The translations under genes were made by a program, and so were the position numbers. This document shows, in pieces, positions 37,072 through 45,800 of a DNA stretch of 64,000 nucleotides (position 1 is the stretch's first letter; each line of letters starts with the position of its first letter). The stretch covers positions 118,129 through 182,128 of the forward strand of contig JAHDDK010000001.1 in the NCBI GenBank assembly GCA_020629375.1, written 5' to 3'. The stretch is from Acidimicrobiales bacterium (lineage in GTDB: Bacteria; Actinomycetota; Acidimicrobiia; Acidimicrobiales; SHLQ01). The notes beneath the pieces were generated by a model. It was given only the letters and a program-made list of their open reading frames with translations, did not search any database and had not been told where the DNA came from.

Positions 37072-38336
37072 GCGTCACTCGCGGTCGTCGGCCGACCGTT
37101 CTGCATGTGACGACGACCGACATGTCGCTCGAATGGCTACTCGGACCGCAACTCACGGCGTTTCGGGAGGCTGGCTGGCAGGTGCTCACGGCGTCGGCTC
37201 CGGGTCCCCACGTTTCGCAGTTGCGAGATCGTGGACTCGAGCACATCCCGATCCCGTCGTTCACCCGTTCGGTCGACGCTCGCTCCGACCTTCGGTCCAT
37301 GCACGAACTGGCAGCGGTTCTTCGACGTGTCCGACCAGACATTCTCCACACCCACAACCCCAAGCCCGGGGTCCTCGGGAGGGGACTCGGACGGATGCTG
37401 CACGTCCCCGGGGTCGTGAACACGGTCCACGGGCTGTGGAGCCAGCCCGGTGATCGGCGTCGGAAACGCTGGCCGGTGCTCGCTGCCGAACGTCTCGCCG
37501 CCGGGTGCTCCGACATCGAACTCGTGCAGAACATCGACGACCTCGAGACGCTGCGACGGTTGGGCGTGCCGCGGGATCGCCTCATCCATCTGGGGAATGG
37601 CGTCGACCTCGAACGATTCGACCCGCTCCGTCTGGGGGACGATGTTCGCCGGGCGGTTCGCCACGAGCTCGGGTTCACGTCCGAGACCGTCGTGATCACG
37701 ATCGTGGCGCGACTCGTCGCCGAAAAGGGGTGGAACGAGTTCTTCGAGGCCGTGTCCGCACTGACCGCTCGCCACGGCCGCACAATCGGCGTGGTTGCCG
37801 TCGGGGCGAGCCAAGACGACAAAGCCGACGGACTCGATCTCGGCGGCCGGACGCTCGATCGGACGGGCATCCGATTCGTCGGGCAGCGCGACGATCCCGA
37901 GCGAATTCTGGCCGCATCAGATCTCTTCGTCCTGCCGTCGTGGCGGGAAGGGATGCCCCGTGCCGCCATCGAGGCTTCGGCGATGGGACTGCCCGTCATC
38001 GCAACCGACATTCGTGGCTGCCGACATGTCGTCGATCACGGCCGAACCGGCCTGCTCGTACCGGTGCGCAATGCGTCGATGTTGACCGAAGCGATCGATG
38101 TTTTCGTGACCGATCCGGATCGACGTCGACGCTACGGCGTTGCTGGACGGCTGCGCGCCCGGCGGTGCTTCGACCAGCGTCGGGTCATCGCAACCACGCT
38201 CGCCGCCTACCGTCAGCTCCTCGATGCCCCGACATCACGATCGCCACGGGTCGAAGCCAGCCGCCGATACGTCGACTCGATCGACCTCGTCGCGGCCGAT
38301 GCGTCGAACTGCGACGCCGAAGTCGCCGCCGTCTGA
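37068..38336 (+). CDS. GT4 glycosyltransferase
   Basis: ATG at 37068 in an ATGA overlap with the deacetylase stop. VLHVTTTDMSL, HTHNPKPG, and FVLPSWREGMPRAAIEASAMGLPVIATD. Confidence 0.9.
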   Translation: MSVTRGRRPTVLHVTTTDMSLEWLLGPQLTAFREAGWQVLTASAPGPHVSQLRDRGLEHIPIPSFTRSVDARSDLRSMHELAAVLRRVRPDILHTHNPKPGVLGRGLGRMLHVPGVVNTVHGLWSQPGDRRRKRWPVLAAERLAAGCSDIELVQNIDDLETLRRLGVPRDRLIHLGNGVDLERFDPLRLGDDVRRAVRHELGFTSETVVITIVARLVAEKGWNEFFEAVSALTARHGRTIGVVAVGASQDDKADGLDLGGRTLDRTGIRFVGQRDDPERILAASDLFVLPSWREGMPRAAIEASAMGLPVIATDIRGCRHVVDHGRTGLLVPVRNASMLTEAIDVFVTDPDRRRRYGVAGRLRARRCFDQRRVIATTLAAYRQLLDAPTSRSPRVEASRRYVDSIDLVAADASNCDAEVAAV

Positions 38337-39370
38337 CCCAAGCGGCGTCGTAGATCAGGCTCGGTGACGAGCCGGTTGTAGGCGTCGGCCAACGCGTCGA
38401 CGTCGTCGACGTCGACAAGCAGCCCTTCGGCGCCGTCGCGGACCGCCTCTGGGATACCGCCAGCCCGCGTGAGCGCCGATGGTAGGCCGATCGCCATCGC
38501 CTCCATGAGGGCTACCGGCAGACCTTCGTGACGCGAGCTCAAGGTGAACACGTCGAGTCCCGCCATCACCCGAGTCGCGTCGGGGCGGTGCCCGAGTACC
38601 TGAATCCGCTCCGAGAAGTCCGACGCGGCGGCGCGTTGGCGAAAGGGCGCTTCGCCGGGTCCCTGGCCGACAACCACCAGTCGACACGCCTCATGCGCGG
38701 CGGCTGAGCGTTCGAACGCGCCGATCAGAACATCGTGGGCCTTCTCGGGTCGGAAGTTCGCCACGATGCCGATCGCCACATCGTCTGGCTCGATTCCGAA
38801 CTCCGCGCGGACCGCGTCTCGTTCGGCTCGCTGTGCACGAACCTCGGCAAGCGGCACACCGTGGACGAGCACCTCGGTTGACTTCTGGAGTGCCGCAGCC
38901 ATCGATGCCTTCACGTCGTCGCTCACGGCGAACCGATGATCGTCGAGGCGCGCCGTCCATCGATTCGCCGTGCGGGTCAGCGGGTGGTGTCTCGGCCAAC
39001 GGTTGTGTTCGGTCGTGACCATCGCGGTCGACGGCATGGCCGCGACAATCGGGCGCGCTGCGGCAGCCATGACGGGGGAGTGAGCATGCACGACATCGGC
39101 GTGTCGGAGCTCGCGGGGTAGTCGCCGCAGCCAACCACGCTGTCCCAACACCTGCACTCGTGCGCCGGCCGCTTCGGCCTCGGCGACACCATGGATCTTC
39201 TCCTCGATGACGGTGACGACCTCGTAGTCGATCCCACCCGTAGACGACCCGATCTGATTCAGCACCAGGCGCTCGGCGCCGCCGGGGCCGAGCCCCTTGA
39301 TGAGGTGCACGACCCGGAGCGGCCGGCCCGACGATGCGTCGAAGACGGGTGTTTGGGCAAAGTCGTCCAT
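38213..39370 (-). CDS. GT4 glycosyltransferase
   Basis: Start at the ATG at 39370. VVHLIKGLGPGGAERL, and FTLSSRHEGLPVALMEAMAIGLPSALTRAGG. The 3' end overlaps the convergent gene by 124 nt, so one of the two ends may be miscalled. Confidence 0.85.
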   Translation of the reverse strand: MDDFAQTPVFDASSGRPLRVVHLIKGLGPGGAERLVLNQIGSSTGGIDYEVVTVIEEKIHGVAEAEAAGARVQVLGQRGWLRRLPRELRHADVVHAHSPVMAAAARPIVAAMPSTAMVTTEHNRWPRHHPLTRTANRWTARLDDHRFAVSDDVKASMAAALQKSTEVLVHGVPLAEVRAQRAERDAVRAEFGIEPDDVAIGIVANFRPEKAHDVLIGAFERSAAAHEACRLVVVGQGPGEAPFRQRAAASDFSERIQVLGHRPDATRVMAGLDVFTLSSRHEGLPVALMEAMAIGLPSALTRAGGIPEAVRDGAEGLLVDVDDVDALADAYNRLVTEPDLRRRLGQTAATSASQFDASAATRSIESTYRRLASTRGDRDVGASRS

Positions 39371-39410
39371 TCGACTCAGATCATGGGCCGCCCGGCCGAC
39401 TGATGTGACG

Positions 39411-41342
39411 ATGGCTGGAGTTCCTTCCCCTGTCGCCGAGACCGGCAGCGCGTCCCCTGAGCGTCCCCGGGCAACGGCGTCCGACCCGCTTGGCGCAGTC
39501 CGTCGGATCGTCGCCCGATGGCGGCTGATCCTTTTGTGCGCGCTCGTCGGCATGTTTGGCGGATGGCTGATGGCCGAGATGGCCGCCGACACCGATGCGA
39601 TCCCCATCGAGATCGATCACTACGAGGCCGCGCATGTCCTGGTCCTCGACAGCAACATCCCCGAGACGCAGGCGGTTCTCGGCGTTCGGAACCTCAACGT
39701 GCTCGCCAAACGCATCACGATTGGCGCTGTGCCGCGGGCGGTCGCCGAGGCCACCGGCCTTCCTGCCAGCGATGTGGCGGGCCAGATTCGTGTGCTCATC
39801 CGCAGCGACAGCGAATCTGTTGACCTCGTCGCGATCGGTGAAACCCCAGCCGAAGCCGAGATTCTGGCCGATGCCTACGCGGAGGCGATCATCGCCGATC
39901 TCGAAGCGGAGGCGGCCGAGTATGCCGCCGAAGCGATCGCGAGCGCCGAAGCCCGACTGACCGAAGCCGAGGCCAACCTCGCCGACGTGCGCCGCGAGAT
40001 CATCGATGTCGAACGACGTGGCGACGAGCGCGCGGTTGCCTTCCTCGAACAAGACGAGCAGCAGTACCTGAGCGCACGCATCTACGCGAACGCTGCGCTC
40101 CTCGATGCCCGTGCCGACGGCGTGCCGATCGTGCCGCTCGACACGCTCGAATTCGCCGCCGGAACAGCATCGGTGATCAGCGAGTCCCGCTTCGACGGTC
40201 TCGTCGCCAAGGCTGCTGTCGGGCAGAACATCACGCTCCTCTTTGGAGACGAACAGGAAACCGAGACCGGAGGCGGCGCACTCGCAGCGGTCAGCTCCCG
40301 ACTTCCGAGTGGAGCCGGTCCCCGGCTGTTGTTCGGCGCGCTCGCCGGGCTCGTCCTCGGTATCGCCGCGGCCGCAGCTCTCGACCGTGTCGACACGAAA
40401 GTTCGCTCCAAACGTCAGGTCGAGAGCGTTCTCGACCTCCCGGTCATCGCCGAGGTCCCCACGCTTCCTCAGCGTGCACGCCGGACCGCGGAGATCCACA
40501 GCCGAGAACACCCCCGATCCCGCTTCGCCGAGCAGTACCGGACCCTTGCTTCGACCGTTCTGTATGCCCGCCGTCGTCGCCCGGACAGGACCTCCCAAGT
40601 CGTCCTCGTAACCTCTCCCGGACCGGCCGAGGGTAAGACGACCACGGTCGCCAACCTCGGCGCCATGCTGGCCGAGTCCGGCCGCACCGTCCTGTTGATG
40701 AACTGCGATTTCCGTCGCCCGAGGCTGCACCTGCTCACCGGAGCTCGCTATCAGCCAATGGACCTCCACGAGACCGACATTCCCGATGTCGAGCTGATCT
40801 CGAACGTGATCGAGGACGACGCCGCCTCTCCGACCGAAGTCATCGCAGCCCAGCGAACCGTGATTCAGCAGGCCGCCGCGCTGTACGACATCGTCTTGCT
40901 CGACACCGCACCTGTGCTTGCGACCAACGACGCCATGGACCTGCTCGATCTCGTCGACGACGTCGTGCTGGTGTGCCGCGCCGGACGCACGCGTGTGCTC
41001 GCTGCCGACCGGGCAGTCGAGACGATCGAGCGCAGAGAGGCACATGTCCTCGGGGTGACCATCACCGACCTCGACCTCACGAGGACTGTCGAGTACTACG
41101 GGTACGGGTCCTACTACGACGAGCGTCCTGCGCGTCGGGTCAACTGGATCCAGCGCTGGCGGGCTCGCCGTGCCCGACCCGACATCGACCTTCCGGGAGC
41201 ACGCCACGTCGACGTGCGTGAACCCGTTGCGTCGGGCGAGCGAATCGACCTCGCCGAAGTCGACTTTGGCGAGGATGACACCCGCGGTCAAGGCGTCGGC
41301 GTTGGCACCGACGGTGAGCCGCGCGTCGACGACGTGGCCTGA
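39411..41342 (+). CDS. polysaccharide co-polymerase (Wzz-like) fused to BY-type tyrosine autokinase
   Basis: Start at the ATG at 39411. Two TM helices flank a coiled-coil periplasmic-type domain. Walker A SPGPAEGKTTTVANLG, A' LLMNCDFRRP, B IVLLDTAPV, and a C-terminal Tyr cluster EYYGYGSYYD. Confidence 0.9.
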   Translation: MAGVPSPVAETGSASPERPRATASDPLGAVRRIVARWRLILLCALVGMFGGWLMAEMAADTDAIPIEIDHYEAAHVLVLDSNIPETQAVLGVRNLNVLAKRITIGAVPRAVAEATGLPASDVAGQIRVLIRSDSESVDLVAIGETPAEAEILADAYAEAIIADLEAEAAEYAAEAIASAEARLTEAEANLADVRREIIDVERRGDERAVAFLEQDEQQYLSARIYANAALLDARADGVPIVPLDTLEFAAGTASVISESRFDGLVAKAAVGQNITLLFGDEQETETGGGALAAVSSRLPSGAGPRLLFGALAGLVLGIAAAAALDRVDTKVRSKRQVESVLDLPVIAEVPTLPQRARRTAEIHSREHPRSRFAEQYRTLASTVLYARRRRPDRTSQVVLVTSPGPAEGKTTTVANLGAMLAESGRTVLLMNCDFRRPRLHLLTGARYQPMDLHETDIPDVELISNVIEDDAASPTEVIAAQRTVIQQAAALYDIVLLDTAPVLATNDAMDLLDLVDDVVLVCRAGRTRVLAADRAVETIERREAHVLGVTITDLDLTRTVEYYGYGSYYDERPARRVNWIQRWRARRARPDIDLPGARHVDVREPVASGERIDLAEVDFGEDDTRGQGVGVGTDGEPRVDDVA

Positions 41343-42748
41343 TGGCCGAGCCCAGCCGAGTCATTGCGCGGCCGAGCGAGCGCCGCCGACCCGGGCCCGT
41401 CCGGGCGGGAGCGATCGATCTCCGCGACGCCTCACACGCCAGTAGCCCGACCACAAGTCACTCGACGACGAACACCCGGTCGATCTTCAGCGGGATCGGT
41501 GCACTGTCGATCCTGGTCGCGGCAGCCGCCTACGGCTTTCTCGGGATCACCGGTGCCGAACCGACCACCGCCGGCATCATCCTTGTACCGGCGATGGCTG
41601 CAGCCACACACATCGCGATGCGCGCCGCGGTCGAGCGTTCGATCGGCACCGAGGCGATGAGCATCCTCTTCGCCGGCTTGGGACTTCGACTCCTCGCCGC
41701 CGTGCCCCGGCTCATGGGCGGGGTAGACGCGCCGGTCTACTTTCGAGAGGGCGACCGTCTGACGGACTCGTTTCGCAGCCTCAACTTCGTCGTGGACACG
41801 GGCCGAGCCATTCCGGGCACGGGCTCGGTCCGCTACCTGGCTGGATTGCTCAACGTACTGACCGGTTCGACCTACGTCGCCACGTACCTCCTGTTCGTAC
41901 TGTTGGCCTTCGTCGGCCAAGTGTTCTTCGTCGCCGGGTTCCGACCCGCCCTCGATGACCGGCAGTTCCGCATTCTGACGATTCTCGTGATGGCGAGCCC
42001 GACACTCGCTTTCTGGCCGTCGTCGATCGGCAAGGAAGCCGTCGTGCTGTTCGGCACGGGCCTCGCCATCTTCGGCGCGAGTCGCCTCGCGACACGTCGA
42101 GCCGCCGGACTCGGCGTAATGATCGCCGGCGTCGCGGCCGTCGGAATGGTCCGCCCGCACGTGGCGCTCGTGTTGCTCGCCGCCGTACTGGTCGGCTTGT
42201 TCTCCCGTCGCAGCGATGAGCGAAGCCGAGTGGTCGCGCATGTGGCGGTCGTGGTGGTCCTCGTCGGCGGTTCGATGTGGGCGTCGACGGCCTCTGCACA
42301 ACTGTTCGGCCTCGAAGGGCTCGACGGCTTCTCCGATGTGAGCGCGGCCCTGGACTTTGCGCAGCAGCGAACCTCTCAGGACCGCGCTGCATTCGTGGCA
42401 CCCCGAGTTGATACGCCAGCGGACTATCCGTGGGCGGTCGTCACCGTTCTTTTCCGGCCGTTCCCGTGGGAAGCGCCCAACGCCCTTGCTCTCGTCAGTG
42501 CAGTCGAATCGACGCTTCTCGCCGGTCTCGTCGTGGCGGCGATCCCCGGAACGCTCCGACGTCGCCAGTTGATCGTCCGCTCGGGGCAACTGCTCTCCGC
42601 GATCGCCTTCATCGCCGTGTTCGCCTACGTCTTCTCTGCGATCGGCAACTTCGGCATCTTGTCGCGCCAACGTGCTCAGGTCGTGCCCTTCGTTCTCGTC
42701 CTCGTGTCGATCGGACTGGGTATTCGTCGCGGAGGCCGAGCATCGTGA
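41342..42748 (+). CDS. polytopic membrane protein, candidate Wzy-type polymerase
   Basis: 468 aa with about 10-12 hydrophobic segments and one large loop. The start overlaps the kinase stop by 1 nt. No diagnostic motif; the function is inferred from context. Confidence 0.6.
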   Translation: MAEPSRVIARPSERRRPGPVRAGAIDLRDASHASSPTTSHSTTNTRSIFSGIGALSILVAAAAYGFLGITGAEPTTAGIILVPAMAAATHIAMRAAVERSIGTEAMSILFAGLGLRLLAAVPRLMGGVDAPVYFREGDRLTDSFRSLNFVVDTGRAIPGTGSVRYLAGLLNVLTGSTYVATYLLFVLLAFVGQVFFVAGFRPALDDRQFRILTILVMASPTLAFWPSSIGKEAVVLFGTGLAIFGASRLATRRAAGLGVMIAGVAAVGMVRPHVALVLLAAVLVGLFSRRSDERSRVVAHVAVVVVLVGGSMWASTASAQLFGLEGLDGFSDVSAALDFAQQRTSQDRAAFVAPRVDTPADYPWAVVTVLFRPFPWEAPNALALVSAVESTLLAGLVVAAIPGTLRRRQLIVRSGQLLSAIAFIAVFAYVFSAIGNFGILSRQRAQVVPFVLVLVSIGLGIRRGGRAS

Positions 42749-43929
42749 GTGTCCTGGTCGCTCGACCTTCGATCGTCTCCCTCGACGTCGGCGATCACTG
42801 GCTCCTGATCGATGTCAGCGACCGCGCCCTCACCGAACTCAATGCGTCGGCGCACGCCGTGTTCTCGGCATTCCGATCCGGGGCCGGCATCGACGAGGTC
42901 GTCGCCGATTTCACGACGTCGAACCTCTGGGCGCACCCGCCGACCGCTGCACAGGTTCGAGACGCCATCGCCATGCTCCGGGCGCAGCGTCTGCTGGTGT
43001 CCGCCTCCGGCCCGTACCGTGCGCTCGACGCGTTGTTCTGGCTCGAAGCGCCGAACGACCCCGTCGGCGATGCCATCCGAGATGCGTTGCATCCGTTGGC
43101 CGTCGTCGACACCACAGCCACGACGGCGATGTCCGGTCGTCCTGTACTCGTCTCGGTACATCGCGCCCCAACCAACGACACCGACATGATCGATCTCACC
43201 GACCGGTACGAGATCGCCGTCGACGAGCAGCGGATTCTGCAGACGTCGACGGCCGGGCGAACCGTCCGCCAAACGCTCGCCCATGTCAACACGATGGCCA
43301 TCGAGTCGGTGCCCGACGATGCGGTCTTTCACGCTGCGGCCGTATGTGTCGAGGGACGTCGGGTGCTGATCGCGGGCGAGTCGAACGCCGGCAAGTCGAC
43401 GCTGGCCGCCCAGATGCTGCAGCGTGGCCACGGCTATCTCACCGACGAAGCCGCCGCCGTGGATCCCCGAGGCGACGTCCGCCCATTCCCCAAGTCGCTG
43501 TGCCTCGACCCCGGCAGCCACGACCTTCTCGCCGATCTCGAGCCCGAGGTCGGTCCGTCGAGGACGTGGGACATCAACCCGACGATGATCGACGGCGCCT
43601 GGGTCGACGACGGAGGACCGGTCGATGCGGTGATCCTCGTCGAACGTCGGGCCGGGAGCGAACCATCGATCACCCCACTCGACCGATCCAGCGCCGCACG
43701 AGCACTCTTCGCGCAGGCGTTCGCGTTTGACCCGTCACATACGGCGGCCCCGAAGATCATCGCCGCCCTAGCCCGAGACGTTCCCATCGTGCGGTACGTG
43801 CATCCCGGTGGCCACGACCACGTCGACCATCTGGTCGATTGGATTGTCGGTCAGTCGCGGATGGCGCGGCGATCGCCCGGAACGCGTGGAGCGGCCTCGA
43901 TCGGAACGCCGCGCTCGGCTCGTCGCTGA
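42745..43929 (+). CDS. fusion of a PqqD-like (RRE) domain and an HprK-related P-loop kinase domain
   Basis: GTG at 42745 in a GTGA overlap. The N-terminal LTELNASAHAVFSAFRSGAGIDEVVADF...AQVRDAIAMLRAQRLL is PqqD-like. The central VLIAGESNAGKSTLAAQMLQRGHGYLTDEAAAV is like the HPr kinase/phosphorylase C-terminal domain. Confidence 0.7.
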   Translation: MSVLVARPSIVSLDVGDHWLLIDVSDRALTELNASAHAVFSAFRSGAGIDEVVADFTTSNLWAHPPTAAQVRDAIAMLRAQRLLVSASGPYRALDALFWLEAPNDPVGDAIRDALHPLAVVDTTATTAMSGRPVLVSVHRAPTNDTDMIDLTDRYEIAVDEQRILQTSTAGRTVRQTLAHVNTMAIESVPDDAVFHAAAVCVEGRRVLIAGESNAGKSTLAAQMLQRGHGYLTDEAAAVDPRGDVRPFPKSLCLDPGSHDLLADLEPEVGPSRTWDINPTMIDGAWVDDGGPVDAVILVERRAGSEPSITPLDRSSAARALFAQAFAFDPSHTAAPKIIAALARDVPIVRYVHPGGHDHVDHLVDWIVGQSRMARRSPGTRGAASIGTPRSARR

Positions 43930-45497
43930 CGCTTGGTCTGATACTGGTCCTCATCGGCTGCTCGGAGTAGCTCGGACCGCGTTGCCACTTCGTCGGTCAC
44001 GAACGCCAAGCCGCACGAAATCGACCGTGGTCGCCCCGAACCCGCCGACCGCTCGAACAACGCCTCGATGTCGCCCGCCATGGCGTGCGCGGTGAGAAGC
44101 GCCCCGCCATCGATCACCACACAGAACTCGTCTCCGCCCATGCGACACACGGTCGTCCGCTCCGGGTCGCGGACAGCTCCACGCAGCGCCGCCGCGGCAT
44201 CGATCAACAGTCGATCGCCGGCCTCGTGGCCATCGACATCATTGACGGTCTTCAGCCCGTCGACATCGCACATGATCACGGCGACGTCGAGACGGTCGGT
44301 GGGATGCCGGGAGAAAACGGCATCGAGTACGCGGTAGAGGCCGTGTCGGTTGGTCAGCCCGGTGAGCTGGTCGCGCAAGGCCATACGTTGCATCTCCGCC
44401 CAGTGCGTGGTGTGGTCGACGGCCTCGGCTGCCATTCGGGCCACGTGTCGTGCGGACGCTAGGTCTGCGGTATCAAACGGGTCGCCGTCGTGGCGTTGGG
44501 CGACCAGCGCCGCCCACGGACGGCCGCCGGCGACGATGGGGACCACAATTTCACCCGTCAGACCGGTCGGAAGCTGCGGGTCGTCGCGGTCGTGGCGAAG
44601 CGAGACTCCGGCACGGAGTTCGGACAACAGGGCGAAGTCGTCGAGATGATCGAGTGCAGCGGCGTCGCCGTCGGACGCCAACCGTTGCCCGAGTCCCGCC
44701 TCGCCGATCTCGACCACCGTGGCACAGGTCGCCCCGGTCGAGCGCCGAAGGTCTGCCGCGAACAACGTCATCAGGTCGCCCGCGTCGGCCGCCGAAGCGA
44801 CGGCAGCAGCAACGACGTCGGACGTCGCCGCTTCGGTCGGAGTCGACTGGCGAAGAGCGGCGAGCAGTTCGACCACGAGTCCCGGGGCGTCGACCGGTAG
44901 ATCGATCGCGTCGAGCAGGACGGTCTCGGCGGCGGCGACGACCCGCGCATCGAATCGGGATCCGTCGTCTCGGCGGAGACGGGCGAGGCCGTCCACCCAG
45001 CTCGGCAACCACCCCGGCGCCGGATTCCCGACGAGCTCGTCGGCGACAGCGAGCACCCGTGCACCCAACGGAATCGACTCGCCCCGAAGGCCGTCGGGCA
45101 TGCCCCGGCCGTCCATCCGTTCGGTCATCGCCCGGACGAGTTGCGCCACGTCGCGTAGCCCGGCGTGCCGAGTTAGCAGCGACCCGGACAACACGGATCG
45201 GGCGATGTCGCGGGGTTGTTCGACATCGGCGGGCTGTGTAACGACGAGATCGATGTCCGCCAGTGCAGCTGCAGCGATGGTGGTTGCGTCGTCGAGATCA
45301 GCGGGTGCCCCGGCGAGTCGGAGTTGCTCACACACCCGTAACACCACCGCCGCACGGATCGCCGCCCGATGGGCAAGCGCCGGGTCGTACAGCTCGGCCA
45401 AACGAAGCAGTGCCGCCGTCGCGCCGAGCGTCGCGTCCGAGAACGTTCGGTGTGTCGACGACGTCGGAGCTTCGACGCTGGGCGTTGGATCGATCAT
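43851..45497 (-). CDS. GGDEF diguanylate cyclase with N-terminal degenerate HD-GYP-like and GAF-like regions
   Basis: C-terminal LTGLTNRHG...MCDVDGLKTVNDVDGHEAGD...RMGGDEFCVV. N-terminal ...ERMDGRGMPDGLRGESIPLGARVLAVADEL resembles HD-GYP, but the HD site reads ADI. Confidence 0.85.
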   Translation of the reverse strand: MIDPTPSVEAPTSSTHRTFSDATLGATAALLRLAELYDPALAHRAAIRAAVVLRVCEQLRLAGAPADLDDATTIAAAALADIDLVVTQPADVEQPRDIARSVLSGSLLTRHAGLRDVAQLVRAMTERMDGRGMPDGLRGESIPLGARVLAVADELVGNPAPGWLPSWVDGLARLRRDDGSRFDARVVAAAETVLLDAIDLPVDAPGLVVELLAALRQSTPTEAATSDVVAAAVASAADAGDLMTLFAADLRRSTGATCATVVEIGEAGLGQRLASDGDAAALDHLDDFALLSELRAGVSLRHDRDDPQLPTGLTGEIVVPIVAGGRPWAALVAQRHDGDPFDTADLASARHVARMAAEAVDHTTHWAEMQRMALRDQLTGLTNRHGLYRVLDAVFSRHPTDRLDVAVIMCDVDGLKTVNDVDGHEAGDRLLIDAAAALRGAVRDPERTTVCRMGGDEFCVVIDGGALLTAHAMAGDIEALFERSAGSGRPRSISCGLAFVTDEVATRSELLRAADEDQYQTKRQRRAERGVPIEAAPRVPGDRRAIRD

Positions 45498-45660
45498 CAG
45501 AAGTCACCTTGGGTGAAGACGCAGTGTGCCACGGGCAACGCGTCGACACCCAGTCTGCAACACCGAGTGCGGCACGCGCGAGCGGTGGTCGCTGATGGCC
45601 AGCAGCGATCGGCCATCCGGCCGACCGCACGCGCACCTTGCCGCTACGCTCCGAGGGGTC

Positions 45661-45762
45661 ATGAGCACTCGAAAACTCATCCTCGCGTCGCTCGCGCTCG
45701 GGGTCGTGATCCTCGTCGCATTCGCGGTGCAACTCGTGCTCGCGCGCGGGACGGTTGGGTAG
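45661..45762 (+). CDS. candidate 33-aa single-TM peptide upstream of lpdA
   Basis: MSTRKLILASLALGVVILVAFAVQLVLARGTVG. Mostly G/C-ending codons, GAGGGG just upstream, and an imperfect hairpin after the stop. Speculative. Confidence 0.3.
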   Translation: MSTRKLILASLALGVVILVAFAVQLVLARGTVG

Positions 45763-45800
45763 AGTCCAACCCGTCGCGTTCCGAGGAGAACACCAGTCAC

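Noticed and set aside
38213-38336. 124-nt convergent overlap of two GT4 genes (and 79 nt at 43851-43929)
   Set aside because: Both overlapping tails are low-complexity extensions beyond the conserved domains. This is most simply explained by late stop codons in GC-rich sequence, not by a functional antisense arrangement. I cannot resolve it without homologue alignment.
39381-41291. 636-aa minus-strand ORF, plus similar long antisense ORFs (21975-23462, 47252-48997, 5077-6339, 53118-54362, 29226-30431, 20661-21920, 16085-17335, 10932-12389)
   Set aside because: Each lies opposite a gene with clear family motifs. Each has an Arg/Gly/His-rich composition without recognisable domains. These are frame-shadow artefacts of high GC content.
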